From assembly GCF_001194135.2 (NCBI RefSeq), contig NC_068982.1:39240600-39304599 (forward strand): a DNA stretch of 64,000 bases. Direction: 5' to 3'. Source of the stretch: Octopus bimaculoides. Taxonomy: Eukaryota. Below the pieces are notes generated by a model. The model was not told the origin of the DNA and made no database searches. It was given only the letters and a program-made list of their open reading frames with translations. Below are positions 62,835-64,000 of this stretch, one piece after another (position 1 is the first letter of the stretch; every line of letters starts with the position of its first letter). The position numbers and the translations under genes are program-made.

Positions 62835-64000
62835 GCACACACAAACATATATATGGCGGGGTATATGTGCGTATATATGTATGCGTATGTTTGCATATAT
62901 ACAAGTGTAAGTAGAGTGTACTCGGTACAACTACATTACAAAAAGAAAAGCCAATATATCTCTAGAGTAACAATACTATTGTGGACATTGGAAAATTCAT
63001 TGCTTCAAAGTGGGAAGTAGTTCCATTTCTGTATCAATTTTTACACTAGAAACTCAGCATTGATTTCTGATTTGATGCTATGAACGAAGAATTAGTTATT
63101 AATTTCTCTCAATTGCTTCAATCCTTATCATGAACTTCAATGCGAAGAAGGTATTATAATAAAAATAAAAAAAATTAAAAAATGAAAAATAATTAAAATG
63201 TATGATTTATAGCGGGGAAATGTTCCAATAATATTCGCTAGAACACTCAGAAAAACCTTTCCATTTGTTTTTGAGGGTTTGGATAGGATTACATTCTTGT
63301 TTTTGATTTTTACTTTTGATTTCAAATCCGATGTAGGCACCAGTGTCGTTTCTCGTTTACTTTCGGTCAGTAGTCAGTAAAAAATAAGTACTATTGAAGC
63401 AATGATGTCGACCTCTTCGACTACAATCAGTTTAGTTTTCACTGAAATCCTACATCTCCGAAATTCGTGATATTGTATTATGCTGGAAACATCCTAACAA
63501 AGATAAACCTTGAGAGAGTTGAACTTGGAACGTAAAGAGACGTATGTAAATGCTCAGTCATTTTTGAATGCTCTAATGCCATCCTTTAACACTGAAAGAA
63601 GAATAAATAAAAAGAAAACAAAAATAAAAACATAGAGCTCTTTCATTCAGTCAATGTTTACGATGAACTAAATACTTAACAAAGTTTTACTTTACTCCCT
63701 CTTCCTCAATCACTTTTTACTCTAATTCTTTACAGTAGGAACATTTGTTTCAAGACCCAATAGAAAGTTTTTTTGTTTGTTTAATTTTTATCTCTCTGTT
63801 ATTTATTGCGCTATATTAATAAAATAGTTTCTGTTGTCCATTATGCCAGTCAACATCTGTATTCATTTAATGGTCTATATCTTTTCAAGATCCACAGTAA
63901 TACCATTGATGCTAGTTTCTAGCACAGACTCAAATTCACAAATTTCAGTGGGGAGTCGAATTTCAATATAGTCGAATAGATCGATATCCATAGTTGATTG

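Overview
AT-rich, repeat-saturated animal genomic DNA with 19 assembly gaps (about 6 kb of N, nearly all flanked by microsatellites). The SINE families and microsatellite load point to an octopus (coleoid cephalopod) genome; this is inference from recognition, not a database hit. I found no host protein-coding exon, rRNA, true tRNA or CRISPR array, so the window reads as intronic or intergenic. Most ORFs in the track are microsatellite or N artefacts. Recognisable content: decayed mariner/Tc1 transposons; an L1/Tx1-clade LINE 3' end with a nested 667-bp MITE (28-bp TIRs, 8-bp TSD, internal TTAGGG-type repeats); two R4/Dong LINE fragments, one abutting a (TAA)n array; an RTE fragment; several Penelope-like element (PLE) fragments; a probable non-autonomous Helitron; and over 20 copies of three tRNA-derived SINE families (A, B and C, my labels). 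The most interesting signals are a set of PLE-associated minimal hammerhead-ribozyme motifs whose consensus can be rebuilt from three copies in the window, the nested MITE, a SINE family with a microsatellite at a fixed internal site, and several closely spaced inverted repeats able to form long dsRNA. I did not find evidence for a wholly new biological system. Internal boundaries without a TIR or TSD are approximate.
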